64,000 nt of DNA, taken from Microcoleus sp. (lineage in GTDB: Bacteria > Cyanobacteriota > Cyanobacteriia > Cyanobacteriales > Microcoleaceae). This document shows, one piece after another, positions 20,063 to 31,114 of this stretch. A program made the translations under genes and the position numbers. The stretch covers positions 1,018,659 to 1,082,658 of the forward strand of contig JAYFMW010000006.1 of NCBI GenBank assembly GCA_042408215.1, read 5' to 3'. Position 1 is the first letter of the stretch. Every line of letters starts with the position of its first letter. A model generated the notes under the pieces. That model was not told the origin of the DNA, did no database searches, and saw nothing but the letters and a program-made list of their open reading frames with translations.

Positions 20063-20971
20063 ATGGATAAAGCAAACAAGGGTCGTGGGTTGATTACTGT
20101 GGCGATGGTGCTGGCGCTCATCGCTTTTGTGGGATTTTCTGCTGTTCCGATTTTGGACAGCATTCTCAAGGGAAACCAAGCCCAAAGTAGGTCAACTCCA
20201 ACGCCTACTCAGACGGCGGCGGCTGGGGAGAAGCAATCAGAGTTGCTGCAAGCTCAGGCGAGGGGTTACGAATTGGTTTTGCAGCGGGAAGCTGACAATG
20301 TAACGGCTCTGCGGGGACTGTTGCAGGTGCGGCTGGAGTTGATCGGACAAGGTGTGGGGGACATTAAGGATGTGGTGTCTCCTTTGTCCAAGTTGGCTAA
20401 GCTGAATCCTGAGACTACTGAATACGGGATTTTGCTGGCTCAGGCTAAGGAACGCACGGGCGATCGCGAAGGTGCGGCTCAGGCTTACCGGGCAATTTTG
20501 GCGGCTAAGCCGGGAGAAATTAAGGCTTTGCAGGGATTGGTGAATTTGCTGTTGGTGCAGCAGCGGCCGGAAGCTGCGATCGGACTGCTGCAAGATACGC
20601 TGAAAGCGGCGACTGCTGCGAATCTGGCGAAACCCGAAAGTATTGATACAACTTCGGTGGAGTTGATTTTGGGACAGGTTTATGCTGTGGAGAAGCGGTT
20701 TGAGGAGGCGATCGCGATTTATGACGAATCCGCTAAGGCTAATCCCAAGGATTTTCGCCCAACTTTAGGAAAGGCGATCGTGCTGAAGGAACAGGGAAAA
20801 ACAGATGAGGCCAAAACGCTGTTTGATAAAGCTACTGAGTTAGCGCCTCCTAACTATAAAGACCAAATTAATCAGTTAGCTAGCGAGGCTCCAAAGCCTT
20901 CTCCTTCGCCTGCTGGGAGTCCAAAACCGGGGGCATCGCCGAGTCCTGAAGGTGCGCTACCGAAGCCTTAA
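20063..20971 (+). CDS. Membrane-anchored TPR protein
   Basis: N-terminal hydrophobic helix, several TPRs (LGQVYA…EEAIAIYD, DFRPTLGKA), Pro-rich tail. Confidence 0.85.
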   Translation: MDKANKGRGLITVAMVLALIAFVGFSAVPILDSILKGNQAQSRSTPTPTQTAAAGEKQSELLQAQARGYELVLQREADNVTALRGLLQVRLELIGQGVGDIKDVVSPLSKLAKLNPETTEYGILLAQAKERTGDREGAAQAYRAILAAKPGEIKALQGLVNLLLVQQRPEAAIGLLQDTLKAATAANLAKPESIDTTSVELILGQVYAVEKRFEEAIAIYDESAKANPKDFRPTLGKAIVLKEQGKTDEAKTLFDKATELAPPNYKDQINQLASEAPKPSPSPAGSPKPGASPSPEGALPKP

Positions 20972-21244
20972 AGAGTATTTTGAGTTGTAGGGGCGGTGAC
21001 CCCAGGCCCGCCCGCTTTATTTTGAGTTAAACAGTTTGAAATTCAGACACTCAATCATTACCCCCTTCCCGCTAGAAGATGATCTACTTCTTCCTGATTC
21101 TTCCTGATTCTGACTTCGTGTCCTTCGCGTCTTCGCGGTTGAATAATCATAATTATTCGGGCGCGAAAGGAGTAAAATTCGCGCACTCTATCAACCTAAA
21201 AACTCAAATCGGATTACCAATTCGACAAAATCTCGGAGGGAATT

Positions 21245-22943
21245 GTCAGTAACTCAGGTCTAAAGACGCGCTCGCTTGTAAGAGCAATCTTTCGCAAGCT
21301 GTACTGACCAGCTATCGTCTTAACTGACTACGTTTTTCGAGTCACGATGGTGCGTGCGTAGTCGAACCACACCTGTGGAATGCGAAGCTAGTTAAGAGCT
21401 CTGTCCGGAGCAATTAAACAGTTTTAAAGTCACGCTTTACAGTGTTGCAGGTCTAAAAAGCACGCCAAACAAAGGCGCGCGCTAACATCACAATAAATTG
21501 GAGAGACACAAAAATGTCTAACATTATTTTCGTACTTGATACCAACAAAAAACCACTTACACATTGTAAGCCATCAATGGCTCGTAAGTTGTTGACTGCG
21601 GGTAAAGCTGCGGTTTTTAAGCGCGATCCATTTACCATCATTTTAAAAAAGGCGGTGACAGAAACACCTGAATCCACTCTCAATCTAGACCCCGGTTCTC
21701 AAACAACTGGAATTGCTTTACTGCAAGGCGATCAAGTTGTTTTTGGTGCTGAATAAACCCATAGAGGGCAAAGCATCAAAGCAAGTCTTGAGTCCCGTCG
21801 CTGATTACGGAGGGGAAGACGAAGCCGCCATACTCGCTATCGCCAACCAAGGTTTTTAAACCGCACCCGATCGAAGGGTTGGTTAGCCCCTAGTTTACAA
21901 GATCGAGTCGAAACAACTTTGACTTTGGTGAACAAATTTATTAGGCTTGCACCGATCGGTTCAATTGTTCAAGAGCTTGTCAGGTTCGATCTACAACAAC
22001 TAGAAAACCCTGAAATTTCAGGTATTGAGTATCAGCAAGGAGAGTTCCCAGGCTACGAAGTTCGTGAATACCTACTCAATAAGTGGGAGCGAAAATGTGC
22101 TTACTGTGGCCTCGAAAATGTGCCTTTACAGATTGAACATATTCATCCCATATCCCTGGGGGGTAGTAATCGCATTTCCAATCTTTGTCTTGCTTGCAAA
22201 AAATGCAATCTCAAAAAGGGGACTCAGAATATTGAGCAATTTATTGCCCAGAAACCAGATATTCTGAAACGGGTTATGTCTCAAGCAAAACGTCCTCTCA
22301 AAGATGCAGCGGCCGTTAATTCAACTCGATGGGCTTTGTTTAACAAACTCAAAGAAACAGGGTTGCCTGTTTCAACTGGTTCCGGTGGATTAACTAAGTT
22401 TAATCGAACTCGATTAAAACTACATAAAACTCATTGGCTAGACGCTGCTTGTGTCGGGAAAATTGGAGAATTAGAAATTTTAACAAACCAGCCGTTGTTG
22501 ATTAAGGCGACGGGACACGGCACTCGTCAAATGTGTCGGACAGACAAGTTTGGCTTCCCATCTCGGTACGTTCTAAAAAACAAGTTTGTCAAAGGTTTTC
22601 AGACGGGTGACATTGTGAAAGCAGTCGTCACTAATGGAAAAAAAATAGGCAAATATGTGGGTCGGGAAGGCATTCAGGTCAACGGGTTCATTTAATATTT
22701 CAGCGTCATAATTTGTGCAAGGAATCAGTTACAAATACAGCCAAATTGTTCATCGTAAAGATGGTTATGGCTACGCATTTTAAAGATTCACTCGCTTATT
22801 GAAATCCCCCCTGGGATGCACGCTCGCCCTTCGACACTTCGACTACGCGAGCGTGCGACGCTTCGCTCAGGATCAACTCCGCCGAAGTGTCGTTTCCCTC
22901 TCTAGGGTCAAGCCGCTGAGTTTCCCACTTACCGAGTTTTTTT
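21245..22943 (+). mobile_element. Non-autonomous IscB element #2 with omegaRNA (approx 21245-21510)
   Basis: Starts GTCAGTAAC; has CTGACCAG, GACTACGTT and ATGCGAAGCTAG scaffold motifs; ends directly before ATGA at 22944. Confidence 0.75.
21514..22783 (+). pseudogene. iscB: IscB pseudogene
   Basis: Homologous to iscB #1. In-frame stops at about 21754 and 21802, and a frameshift near 22665. Confidence 0.85.
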
Positions 22944-23852
22944 ATGATTCAAAGCATTGATAGCATTGTTCTACCCCCTGCTTTTCCAGACCACACTCAA
23001 TTACCAGACTCCGACGGTACTTTTGTGAAAAATTTTCAGGAGCATCCGCAGAGTTTAATTCTAACTGATTCGATCGGACCAATTTTGCAGGAGCGGCATC
23101 CTGACGGACAATATGCGATCGGTCAAGACTGCGGCATTTACTGGCGAGAAACGGAACCGGCAGAACAAGGTGCCGAAGCTCCTGATTGGTTTTACGTTCC
23201 CAATGTACCTCCCAATTTAGACGGTCAAATTCGGCGTTACTACGTGCTGTGGCGGGAACACATAGCACCGTTAATTGCTTTGGAATTTGCGAGCGGGAAC
23301 GGGGATGAAGAGCGCGATTCCCTACCCTTCGGGAACCCCTACGGGGAACGGGATAGCTTCGCTTCACGTACTCCTTTATCTCGCACTGATGAAGGGGTAA
23401 TAACGAAACCAGGAAAGTTTTGGGTGTAGGAGCAGGTGATGCGAATTCCCTATTACGGCATCTACCAAGTTAATAATGGCAGATTAGAAGTTTATCGGTT
23501 GATTGACGGGTATTATCAACTGTTAGAACTCAATCAACGCGGTCATTTTGCGATCGCATCTTTAGGCATAGAATTGGGAATTTGGCAAGGCAATTATCAA
23601 AATCCAACCATGCTTTGGCTGCGCTGGTGGGACGAGGGAGGTAATTTGCTGTTGATTGGCGATGAAAGAGCAGAATTGGAGAGATTGCGAGGGGAACAAC
23701 AGTGGGAAAGGGGCGAGAGTGCAGAGCAGGCACGACAAGCTGAATTTCAGGCAAGAAGGGATGCAATTCCCCGATTGTTGGGAATGGGTTTGAGTGCCGA
23801 ACAAGTGGCGGAGGCGTTAGGTTTATCTGTGGAGGAAGTCAACCGATTTTAG
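22944..23852 (+). pseudogene. Uma2-family protein with one premature stop
   Basis: Two ORFs in the same frame separated by TAG 23427-23429 (KFWV*EQVMRIPYY); APDWFYVP and ALEFAS motifs. Confidence 0.8.
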
Positions 23853-23862
23853 ATTTTAGATT

Positions 23863-23937
23863 TTAGATTTTAGATTGAAAAAATTGATCTAACTTTTTGA
23901 AAGTACGAATAGATTTGGGAGTCCAACCAATTTTCAT
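23863..23937 (-). pseudogene. Truncated RelE/YafQ-like toxin remnant
   Basis: MKIGWTPKSIRTFKKL… overlaps the upstream gene stop (TGATG) and ends after 24 codons inside a TTTTAGA heptamer repeat. Confidence 0.5.
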
Positions 23938-24161
23938 CAATCATCCAACTCCGCCATAAAATCGGCTACAGAACCAAATTTAACATTTCCCTCAGCATAC
24001 TCTTGACGAACTTCTGCTACTTCCTTAAGTAATTCATTTCGTCGCTGTTGTCGCAGACGATTCTGAAGAATATCTAGAAGAATAGCTTGATCTTCTAATG
24101 ATAAAACTTCTACAGCTTCAAGAGCTTGCTGGAATTGAGATGTCTGTGTCGTTTTACTCAT
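23937..24161 (-). CDS. Putative type II antitoxin (74 aa)
   Basis: Small acidic protein ending EYAEGNVKFGSVADFMAELDD, translationally coupled to the toxin remnant. Confidence 0.6.
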   Translation of the reverse strand: MSKTTQTSQFQQALEAVEVLSLEDQAILLDILQNRLRQQRRNELLKEVAEVRQEYAEGNVKFGSVADFMAELDD

Positions 24162-24487
24162 ATTTTTTTTGCTATAGCGGTTCTCAAAAAAGTGAGGTAT
24201 GCCCACGGCACCCTAGGCCCTATGCCCCATGCCCCATGCCCTATGCCCAGTCGTACCTCATCTTTCTGAGAAAGGCTATACTTATAATCACGATATTTTG
24301 TATTTATTTTAGCAAGACTTATCCTAAGCTAGCATTTTTTAGTTGTGATGTGGAGAAATCCTGAGACGACTTTCAAAATGAACAAATTAGGTGTGAACGG
24401 CCCGCCCTACAAATTAATACCACATTTGCATCTTCTACAATCGCTTCTCACCCGTGCATCCTAAAGCAATCTACAAGGCGAGCTCAC

Positions 24488-24676
24488 TCAGTAGTCACCT
24501 AGAGCTTTACGAACCTCGATTTCTTCAGCAGCGATTTCGATGGCTTCTGGAACCCTTTGTTGATCGATAATGCCTGCATCAATGAGTGCATCAACGATCA
24601 AAGCCGCTAGCTGCTCGCTTGTTAAAGTTCGTTTGGCTTCTTCGTTCTTAAATTCTTGTTCGGGAAGTTCGCGCAT
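24488..24676 (-). CDS. Small hypothetical protein
   Basis: 62-aa acidic ORF downstream of sdhA. Confidence 0.55.
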   Translation of the reverse strand: MRELPEQEFKNEEAKRTLTSEQLAALIVDALIDAGIIDQQRVPEAIEIAAEEIEVRKALGDY

Positions 24677-24738
24677 TGTTTTCTTTATCCCCTTTTTTTG
24701 CCGTTTAATTAGTAAGGTGGGCATCGCCCACCTACAAA

Positions 24739-26466
24739 TCAATACTTCCGTTCCTGCGGCTCAAACATCGTAATCGCCACCGGCATATAAGCCAAATCAA
24801 TCCCCGTCGGCGAATAATAGGCCAGCGTATGCTTCAAGAAATTGCCATCATCCCGCTGCGGAAAATCTGACCGCGAATGAGCTCCCCGACTTTCCTGACG
24901 CTTCAAAGCAGAAGTTAAAATCATTTTCCCCACAACGATCAAACTCCGCAACTCCAAAGCTTCCACAATTTCAGTATTCCACAACTTGCCTTTATCATCC
25001 AAATAAACCTCCTGATATTGTCGCTCCAATTCCTCCAATTTCTGCAAACCTTCCTGCATCACTTCAGCGCTACGAAATACGCCACAATACTCAGTCATAG
25101 TATCTTGATACTGCTGCCGGATTTGATTAATTCGGTATTTTCCGGGACGCTCTAAAAGTGCCTGAATTTGCTCGCTTGCTTCCTTGATATACAACTGTTC
25201 GTCTACAGATGGCAACTTGCGATTTTGCACGTATTGTGCTATGGTTGCGCCAGTAACTTTGCCGTAAACGACGCATTCCAAAAGCGAATTGCTGCCCAAA
25301 CGATTAGCCCCGTGAACTGATACGCAAGCTGCTTCCCCCGCAGCAAAGAAACCGTCCACCAAACCATCAGCACTGCTGCGAACTTGCCCGCGAATATTAG
25401 TAGGAATTCCCCCCATTGAATAGTGAGCCGTAGGACGGACGGGCATGGGCTGATTTACGGCATCAATTCCTAACAAACGGTGGGCTTCTTCCCAAGCAAA
25501 AGGAATTTTGCTCATGATTTTTTCCCGTCCCATGTGCCGCAAATCGAGGTAAATAAATGGGCCGCCGGCACTACCATCCACATTAATTCCTCGGCCTGCA
25601 CGAATTTCTAAGGAGATGGCTCTGGATGTGATATCTCTAGGGGCTAATTCCATCCGCGACGGGGCATAATTCGCCATAAATCGATCGCCCTCTGAATTAA
25701 TCAAATAAGCCCCTTCGCCCCGCACAGCCTCCGAAATCAACACTCCCACCGGATACAAACCAGTCGGGTGAAACTGCACGAATTCCATATCTTCCAGCGG
25801 CAATCCCGCCTGGGCCGTCATCGCCAAACCGTCTCCAGTCGAGGCGTAATCGTTCGAGGTCGTGTTGTAAACCCTGCCGTAACCCCCCGTAGCGAACATC
25901 ACCGCCTTAGCGCGCACGACCTCAATTTGACCGTCTACAAGGCGATACATAACTACGCCCTTGGCTTGTCCTGCTTCCAAAATCAGGCGGGTGACATACC
26001 ATTCCTGATAGATGTGAACCCCGTAACGGCGCAGATTATTGACCAATTCGTGCAGGATAGCGTGACCGGTTTTGTCGGCGGCGTAACAGGTGCGGTTGTG
26101 GGAATGTCCGCCAAAAGCGCGCTGGGCTATTCTGCCGTCTGGGAGGCGAGAGAAGAGGACTCCCATGTGTTCTAAGTCTATGACTACACCGGGTGCTTCG
26201 CGGGTGAGAATTTCGACGGCATCTTGGTCAGCTAAATAGTCTGAACCTTTTACTGTGTCGAAGGCGTGGGCTTTCCAACTGTCTTCTGGATCGACATTTT
26301 GGAGGCTGGAGGCCATGCCGCCTTGGGCTGCGACGGAGTGCGATCGAATCGGGTGAGTTTTGGCAACTACAGCTACCTTTAAACTGGGGTCAGTCCGGGC
26401 AATTTCCACGGCTGCGCGGCAACCTGCTAAACCGCCGCCCACAATGATTACGTCGTGTTCTAGCAT
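24739..26466 (-). CDS. sdhA: Succinate dehydrogenase/fumarate reductase flavoprotein subunit
   Basis: [16 protein letters not shown] (FAD-His), [17 protein letters not shown] and ESRGAH motifs. Confidence 0.95.
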   Translation of the reverse strand: MLEHDVIIVGGGLAGCRAAVEIARTDPSLKVAVVAKTHPIRSHSVAAQGGMASSLQNVDPEDSWKAHAFDTVKGSDYLADQDAVEILTREAPGVVIDLEHMGVLFSRLPDGRIAQRAFGGHSHNRTCYAADKTGHAILHELVNNLRRYGVHIYQEWYVTRLILEAGQAKGVVMYRLVDGQIEVVRAKAVMFATGGYGRVYNTTSNDYASTGDGLAMTAQAGLPLEDMEFVQFHPTGLYPVGVLISEAVRGEGAYLINSEGDRFMANYAPSRMELAPRDITSRAISLEIRAGRGINVDGSAGGPFIYLDLRHMGREKIMSKIPFAWEEAHRLLGIDAVNQPMPVRPTAHYSMGGIPTNIRGQVRSSADGLVDGFFAAGEAACVSVHGANRLGSNSLLECVVYGKVTGATIAQYVQNRKLPSVDEQLYIKEASEQIQALLERPGKYRINQIRQQYQDTMTEYCGVFRSAEVMQEGLQKLEELERQYQEVYLDDKGKLWNTEIVEALELRSLIVVGKMILTSALKRQESRGAHSRSDFPQRDDGNFLKHTLAYYSPTGIDLAYMPVAITMFEPQERKY

Positions 26467-26564
26467 TTTTTGAGTAATGTTGAGTGTTCTGCTGTACAGG
26501 TAATTCTGATGCACAAAAAAAATCCTGACGCAAAGGTAAGGAACTTTTTAACTTTTGATTTTAT

Positions 26565-26663
26565 GGGACTTACACAAAAAACCCGGTTTCTGTAAAAAAT
26601 CGTGGATACTCCTTTGAGGTATTGACGAAGAAACCGGGTTTCTGGCCTCCGGTGGGTAAGTCG
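26565..26663. repeat. AAACCCGGTTTC/AGAAACCGGGTTTCT dispersed palindromic repeat
   Basis: GACTTAC…GTAAGTC ends; a related copy lies at about 60490-60590. Confidence 0.6.
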
Positions 26664-26696
26664 TATTTTATTGAAAATCAAAAATCTTGAATTGGA

Positions 26697-27011
26697 TTAG
26701 CCCACAGATGGGGCTGGTTTTTGACTGGGCAAATCTCCGCTAGCGGATGGTTTCGATTCGGTAGCGGGTTCTACGGCTGTGACTTCGATGTGATTTAGCA
26801 AAGTCGTGACAAACGCAAACAGCAAGAAGGGCAGAGACAGGACTAAGATCAATCCGACGGTGGCTAAAGCGTAGATTTGACGGACGCTGCTCCACAAGGC
26901 GAGGGCGGAGGCTAGACTCAGGAAGATGACTATCAGCCAAATAATGATTTGACCGTAAATGTCGCCGAAGGTCAGCGTGCATCTAAGGCGATAGTTGTGG
27001 AAGTTATTCAT
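26697..27011 (-). CDS. Conserved two-TM hypothetical protein
   Basis: CTLTFGDIYGQ followed by two hydrophobic helices. Confidence 0.75.
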   Translation of the reverse strand: MNNFHNYRLRCTLTFGDIYGQIIIWLIVIFLSLASALALWSSVRQIYALATVGLILVLSLPFLLFAFVTTLLNHIEVTAVEPATESKPSASGDLPSQKPAPSVG

Positions 27012-27250
27012 TTTCGACCTCGCGAGGTTGCTATTAGGACTTGCGTGAAAATACTTTAAATTTACCAGTTTAGTTAGCCTAACTTGGTTTAACGGCGGTT
27101 TTAAACATTTTTATAGAAGTCGCAACAACACTTATAGATTATTAGTTTGGGAAAAATCTACTTTGTGACCGATCGCCTATTTGGTAAAGAAATGTTAAGT
27201 TACATGAGGATAGAATTAACTTTCAGAGGGTCACACCTGTCTTTTTGCCT

Positions 27251-27970
27251 ATGTCGCCCGATCGCACATTAATGATTTCGCGCTCTTTCCTAGCCAGTTT
27301 GGGAACGCGGATGTTTTTGCACCGGGAGGATCGCATCCCGCAAGAGAGCCCGGTACTGGTAGTAAGTAATCACCGCAGTTTCTTAGATCCAGTTTTGCTG
27401 ACGGCGGCTTTGGGTCGATCGATCCGCTTTGCTTGTCATCATTACATGGGTGAAGTCCCCGTGGTTCGGGAATTGGTAACTACTTTTGGGGCTTTTCCCT
27501 TAAAGGAACCGGAACACCGACAGCGGCATTTTTTCGATCAGGCGACGGCCCTGCTGCAAAATAGGGAGATGGTGGGGGTGTTTCCAGAGGGTGCGGCACC
27601 GATGGTGAATTTTACTCAACCGACTACTGTGGGGAAGTTTCAGCGGGGATTTGCTCATTTGGCTTTGCGGGCTCCGGTGCGGGATTTGGCGGTTTTGCCG
27701 ATCGCGATTTGTGCTTTTGAGGAACAGTCGGTGCGATCGGGTATACCGCTGAGGTTGTTGAGTTTGTTCGATCCTTCGGAACCTTTGTTCGATCGCCCAG
27801 GATGGCATCCTGTGATAGTCTACAAGCGAGTTAATGTCTTTGTTGGTCGTCCTTACTGGATTACGGGCGATCGACAACAGCAATATCGAGGGAAACAAGC
27901 CAAAAGTGTTGTGGCTGAATTGACAGAACACTGTCAGGGAGAAATTGCAAAATTACTCGAAGCAGGTTGA
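27251..27970 (+). CDS. Lysophospholipid (PlsC-like) acyltransferase
   Basis: NHRSFLD (HX4D) and FPEG motifs. Confidence 0.9.
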   Translation: MSPDRTLMISRSFLASLGTRMFLHREDRIPQESPVLVVSNHRSFLDPVLLTAALGRSIRFACHHYMGEVPVVRELVTTFGAFPLKEPEHRQRHFFDQATALLQNREMVGVFPEGAAPMVNFTQPTTVGKFQRGFAHLALRAPVRDLAVLPIAICAFEEQSVRSGIPLRLLSLFDPSEPLFDRPGWHPVIVYKRVNVFVGRPYWITGDRQQQYRGKQAKSVVAELTEHCQGEIAKLLEAG

Positions 27971-28192
27971 CTGTTGACGGTTAACTGTTAACTGTTAACT
28001 GTTGTCATATTTCCATCTAAAATCTGAAATGTCTAATCGATTTGTTGTCATATTTCCCATCTAAAACATATAGCAACCGCCAAGACAGTTAGGACATTCT
28101 CAATGGCTAAAAATATGGTTGTGACGGCTTTTCCCTTCTTCCTTCTTCCTTCTTCCTGCTTCTATAATATCTAAAATCAGTTGAGTTTAATC

Positions 28193-28999
28193 ATGCCAAA
28201 TTTCAACAACAAAGTTCGTTTCATAACACCAAAATCGCCGCATTCAGATCGCCCTTTATTTGTATTTTTACCTGGTATGGATGGCAGTGGTATGCTGCTG
28301 CGATCGCAAATTCCTAAATTAGCCCAGGATTTCGACATTCGCTGCTTGGCTCTACCCGCTCATGATACACCCTGTTGGGAGGTACTCGTCAGGGAAACAA
28401 TAGCCTTAATTGCAGCAGAAAAGGCCGCAGGTTGTCAGAGACAGGTTTATCTATGTGGGGAGTCATTTGGGGGGTGTTTGGCGATGAAAGTAGTTTTAGA
28501 AGCTCCTCAATTGTGCGATCGATTAATTTTAGTCAATCCAGCTTCTTCATTCCGACAACAGCCTTGGGTACAGTGGGGTTCTCACCTGACTCAGTGGCTG
28601 CCGGCAAGCCTTTATCCGCTTTCGGTTGTGGGTTTATTGCCGATGTTAGCATCCTTGGGAAAGATTGGGCGAGAGGATCGTGTCGCTTTGCTAGAAGCGA
28701 TGCAAGCGGTACCCCAAAGCACCTCTGTGTGGAGATTAGCTTTAGTGCGATCGTTCGATGTTGACGAAAATCAGTTGCGGGCGATCGAACAGCCAACCCT
28801 AGTAATTGCCAGTGGTGCCGATCGGCTTCTGCCTTCCATAGCAGAAGCGAAGCTTTTAGTCAAGGTAATTCCCAATGCTGAAATGCTGATGCTGGCTAAT
28901 AGCGGTCACGCTTGTTTATTAGAAACCGACGTTGACCTTCATGGGATTATGGAAGCTCGCAATTTTTTGACAAATAGGTCATTAGTTATTAGTTATTAG
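28193..28999 (+). CDS. Alpha/beta hydrolase
   Basis: FLPGMDG, GESFGG nucleophile elbow, GHACLLE. Confidence 0.9.
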   Translation: MPNFNNKVRFITPKSPHSDRPLFVFLPGMDGSGMLLRSQIPKLAQDFDIRCLALPAHDTPCWEVLVRETIALIAAEKAAGCQRQVYLCGESFGGCLAMKVVLEAPQLCDRLILVNPASSFRQQPWVQWGSHLTQWLPASLYPLSVVGLLPMLASLGKIGREDRVALLEAMQAVPQSTSVWRLALVRSFDVDENQLRAIEQPTLVIASGADRLLPSIAEAKLLVKVIPNAEMLMLANSGHACLLETDVDLHGIMEARNFLTNRSLVISY

Positions 29000-29109
29000 T
29001 CATTAGTCATTAGTCATTAGTTATTAGTCATTAGTCATTAGTCATTAGTCATTAGTCATTAGTCATTAGTCATTAGTCATTAGTCATTAGTTATTAGTTA
29101 TTAGTTATT
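28979..29109 (+). repeat. Heptamer tandem repeat (TCATTAG/TTATTAG)n, STRR-type
   Basis: About 18 units. Other heptamer arrays at about 12482, 23848, 27966, 29127, 29325, 34602 and 62477. Confidence 0.9.
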
Positions 29110-29205
29110 GGGCCTGGGGCATCGGGAATTGGGAATTGGTAATTGGTAATTGGTAATCACTCATCTCTGAAAAACAATCTTATCGGCATCAGCAATTACC
29201 AATTA

Positions 29206-29307
29206 TATTATGTCCGGTCAATCAATTACGACTACAGTGGGAGCTTAAGGCTCGCGAGCCTTAAGCTCGCACTGCACAATAAAGATCGGGATTACCCGGA
29301 CATGATG
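29206..29307. repeat. MITE-like element
   Basis: Ends ATTATGTCCGG…CCGGACATGAT enclose the palindrome CAGTGGGAGCTTAAGGCTCGCGAGCCTTAAGCTCGCACTG. Confidence 0.6.
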
Positions 29308-29374
29308 TTATCAATTCCTAAGGCCCAATTCCCAATTCCCCATGCCCCATGCCCCATGCCCCATGCCCAATTAA

Positions 29375-29914
29375 CTAATTAAGATTCAGCCATTTTTGAG
29401 CATTAAGTCGCTGGACAACTCCAAAGACCATTAAATCTAGAGTAATCTTGCGCTCATCAATCAAAAAAGGCTCCAGCGTACTGGTTTTTGTCTGATTTTC
29501 AGCGCAAGAAAACGCTCTTTGACTTTGAATATTTTCTTGAGGAAAATACAAGTTAAATTGGCGCTGACCTGCTTGGAATTTGCCAACTACTTGCCAACAA
29601 TCCCCAGCGGAACTCATGCCAGCCACGGGGATTTTTTGCTTAGCAAAACTGACGTCTAAATCCTGAACACCCTGCTTAGTCAAAGCAGTTTGTAAGGCCG
29701 GCAAATAATCTTGTTGCATAAATTCTGCAAACGGCTTGTCTTCAACAGCAGGAGCTTTTTCCTTTTTAGCTTTAGCTGGGGGCTTGTCACCGTCAGCCTT
29801 AGCGGCCGCTTTTTTTGCAGCCGGCGCAGGATTGTCAGTGCTGGGAGTGTTTTCAGCAGAAAGACTAGGAGTTTCGGCTTCGCCTGCTGCTGGATTTGTC
29901 GGTTCTTCTGCCAT
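29375..29914 (-). CDS. DUF2996 family protein
   Basis: EDKPFAEF, LEPFLIDERKITLDL and QRLNAQKWL motifs. Confidence 0.8.
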   Translation of the reverse strand: MAEEPTNPAAGEAETPSLSAENTPSTDNPAPAAKKAAAKADGDKPPAKAKKEKAPAVEDKPFAEFMQQDYLPALQTALTKQGVQDLDVSFAKQKIPVAGMSSAGDCWQVVGKFQAGQRQFNLYFPQENIQSQRAFSCAENQTKTSTLEPFLIDERKITLDLMVFGVVQRLNAQKWLNLN

Positions 29915-30092
29915 TGGTGCTTCCTTTGAAAAAGTGATGAGTAGAGGAGTCAGGAGTCAGTAGTCAGTAGTTATTTGTTGGTTGTTATTTGTTGGTTGTT
30001 ATTTGTTGGTTGTTGTTTCTAATAACCAATAACTAATAACCAATAACTAATGACCGATGACTACTGACTAATGACTGAGGACTATGATTATT

Positions 30093-30980
30093 CTAAATCT
30101 CAGCGACAGCTCGTTCAATCAAACGGCGGGTCAAAGTTTGAACACCAGTGTGTTCGTAGTAGTTGGTGCTCATATCGAGGAACGCACCCACATAGTCCAC
30201 CTTATCAGCAGAAATCTCCACAAAGCTTTGCAAATGACTCATCACGTTTTGGGGAGTCAAACCTCGATCGCTCACAAAAGAGCTCATCCAGCCAGAAACC
30301 GAGTTAAAGCTTTCCCCAATAAAGCCTAGCTGTCCCGCTGGGTTGCCGCCAGGAATCATGCTACCGATCGACTTAAATGCCGAATTCTCTTGCAAATCGC
30401 TAGGAGAAAGCTTGTTTATCCAAGACTGAGTGGCGAGGATAAAGTCCGGGCCCAGGGGAATCAAACCATCAAAGCAAACCAAAGCAGCCATCCGCATCAG
30501 AGACTCGCCGCCGTAGTCGCCCAAAGCCGAAGCAAAATCGCCGATGCTGTCGCCGGGAATGCCGTTAATTTGGCAAAAAGCCAGCAACTCAGTGACTAAC
30601 TTCAAAGAAAGGTCGATCGTTTGAGCCTTTTCCGGCTTGGGGGTGAGATTGCCGAGGAACCCCAAAAAGGGAACATTTTGAGCAATTTTGTTAGCGATTG
30701 CGCCTGCACCCAAGGCGCTGGAGGCACTGTCGATCGTTTGGTAGAGCCAGAGAGCGCGCTGGTAGCCTTGAGATTTATCGTTGTAGAGGTAGATCGCCCG
30801 ATCGCCAATTTGCTGAATCAGGTCTTCATCTGTTTCGCCAGTAACGGTGCGAATGGTATTTTCAAAACCAACTAAATTGTTCCACTCGCCGGGAACCACA
30901 AAGTCAAGAGCTCGCAGAGCTGTGACAGTGAAGCTGTCTGTAGGTAATTGATCGACTAATTCAAAGACGGTTTTGCTCAT
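30093..30980 (-). CDS. Conserved hypothetical protein
   Basis: 295-aa ORF with AGGAG RBS. Confidence 0.8.
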   Translation of the reverse strand: MSKTVFELVDQLPTDSFTVTALRALDFVVPGEWNNLVGFENTIRTVTGETDEDLIQQIGDRAIYLYNDKSQGYQRALWLYQTIDSASSALGAGAIANKIAQNVPFLGFLGNLTPKPEKAQTIDLSLKLVTELLAFCQINGIPGDSIGDFASALGDYGGESLMRMAALVCFDGLIPLGPDFILATQSWINKLSPSDLQENSAFKSIGSMIPGGNPAGQLGFIGESFNSVSGWMSSFVSDRGLTPQNVMSHLQSFVEISADKVDYVGAFLDMSTNYYEHTGVQTLTRRLIERAVAEI

Positions 30981-31114
30981 AAAAAACTCCTTACTGTTGA
31001 ACAGGACTCAAAGGTATCACTTTTGGCAGATGGCAAAAGTCTCACAGTCTGGGTAAAGATTTGGAAACAAAGAGTCAGACTGAAGTCGGGCGCGGACTAT
31101 GACCAGAGGTATTG

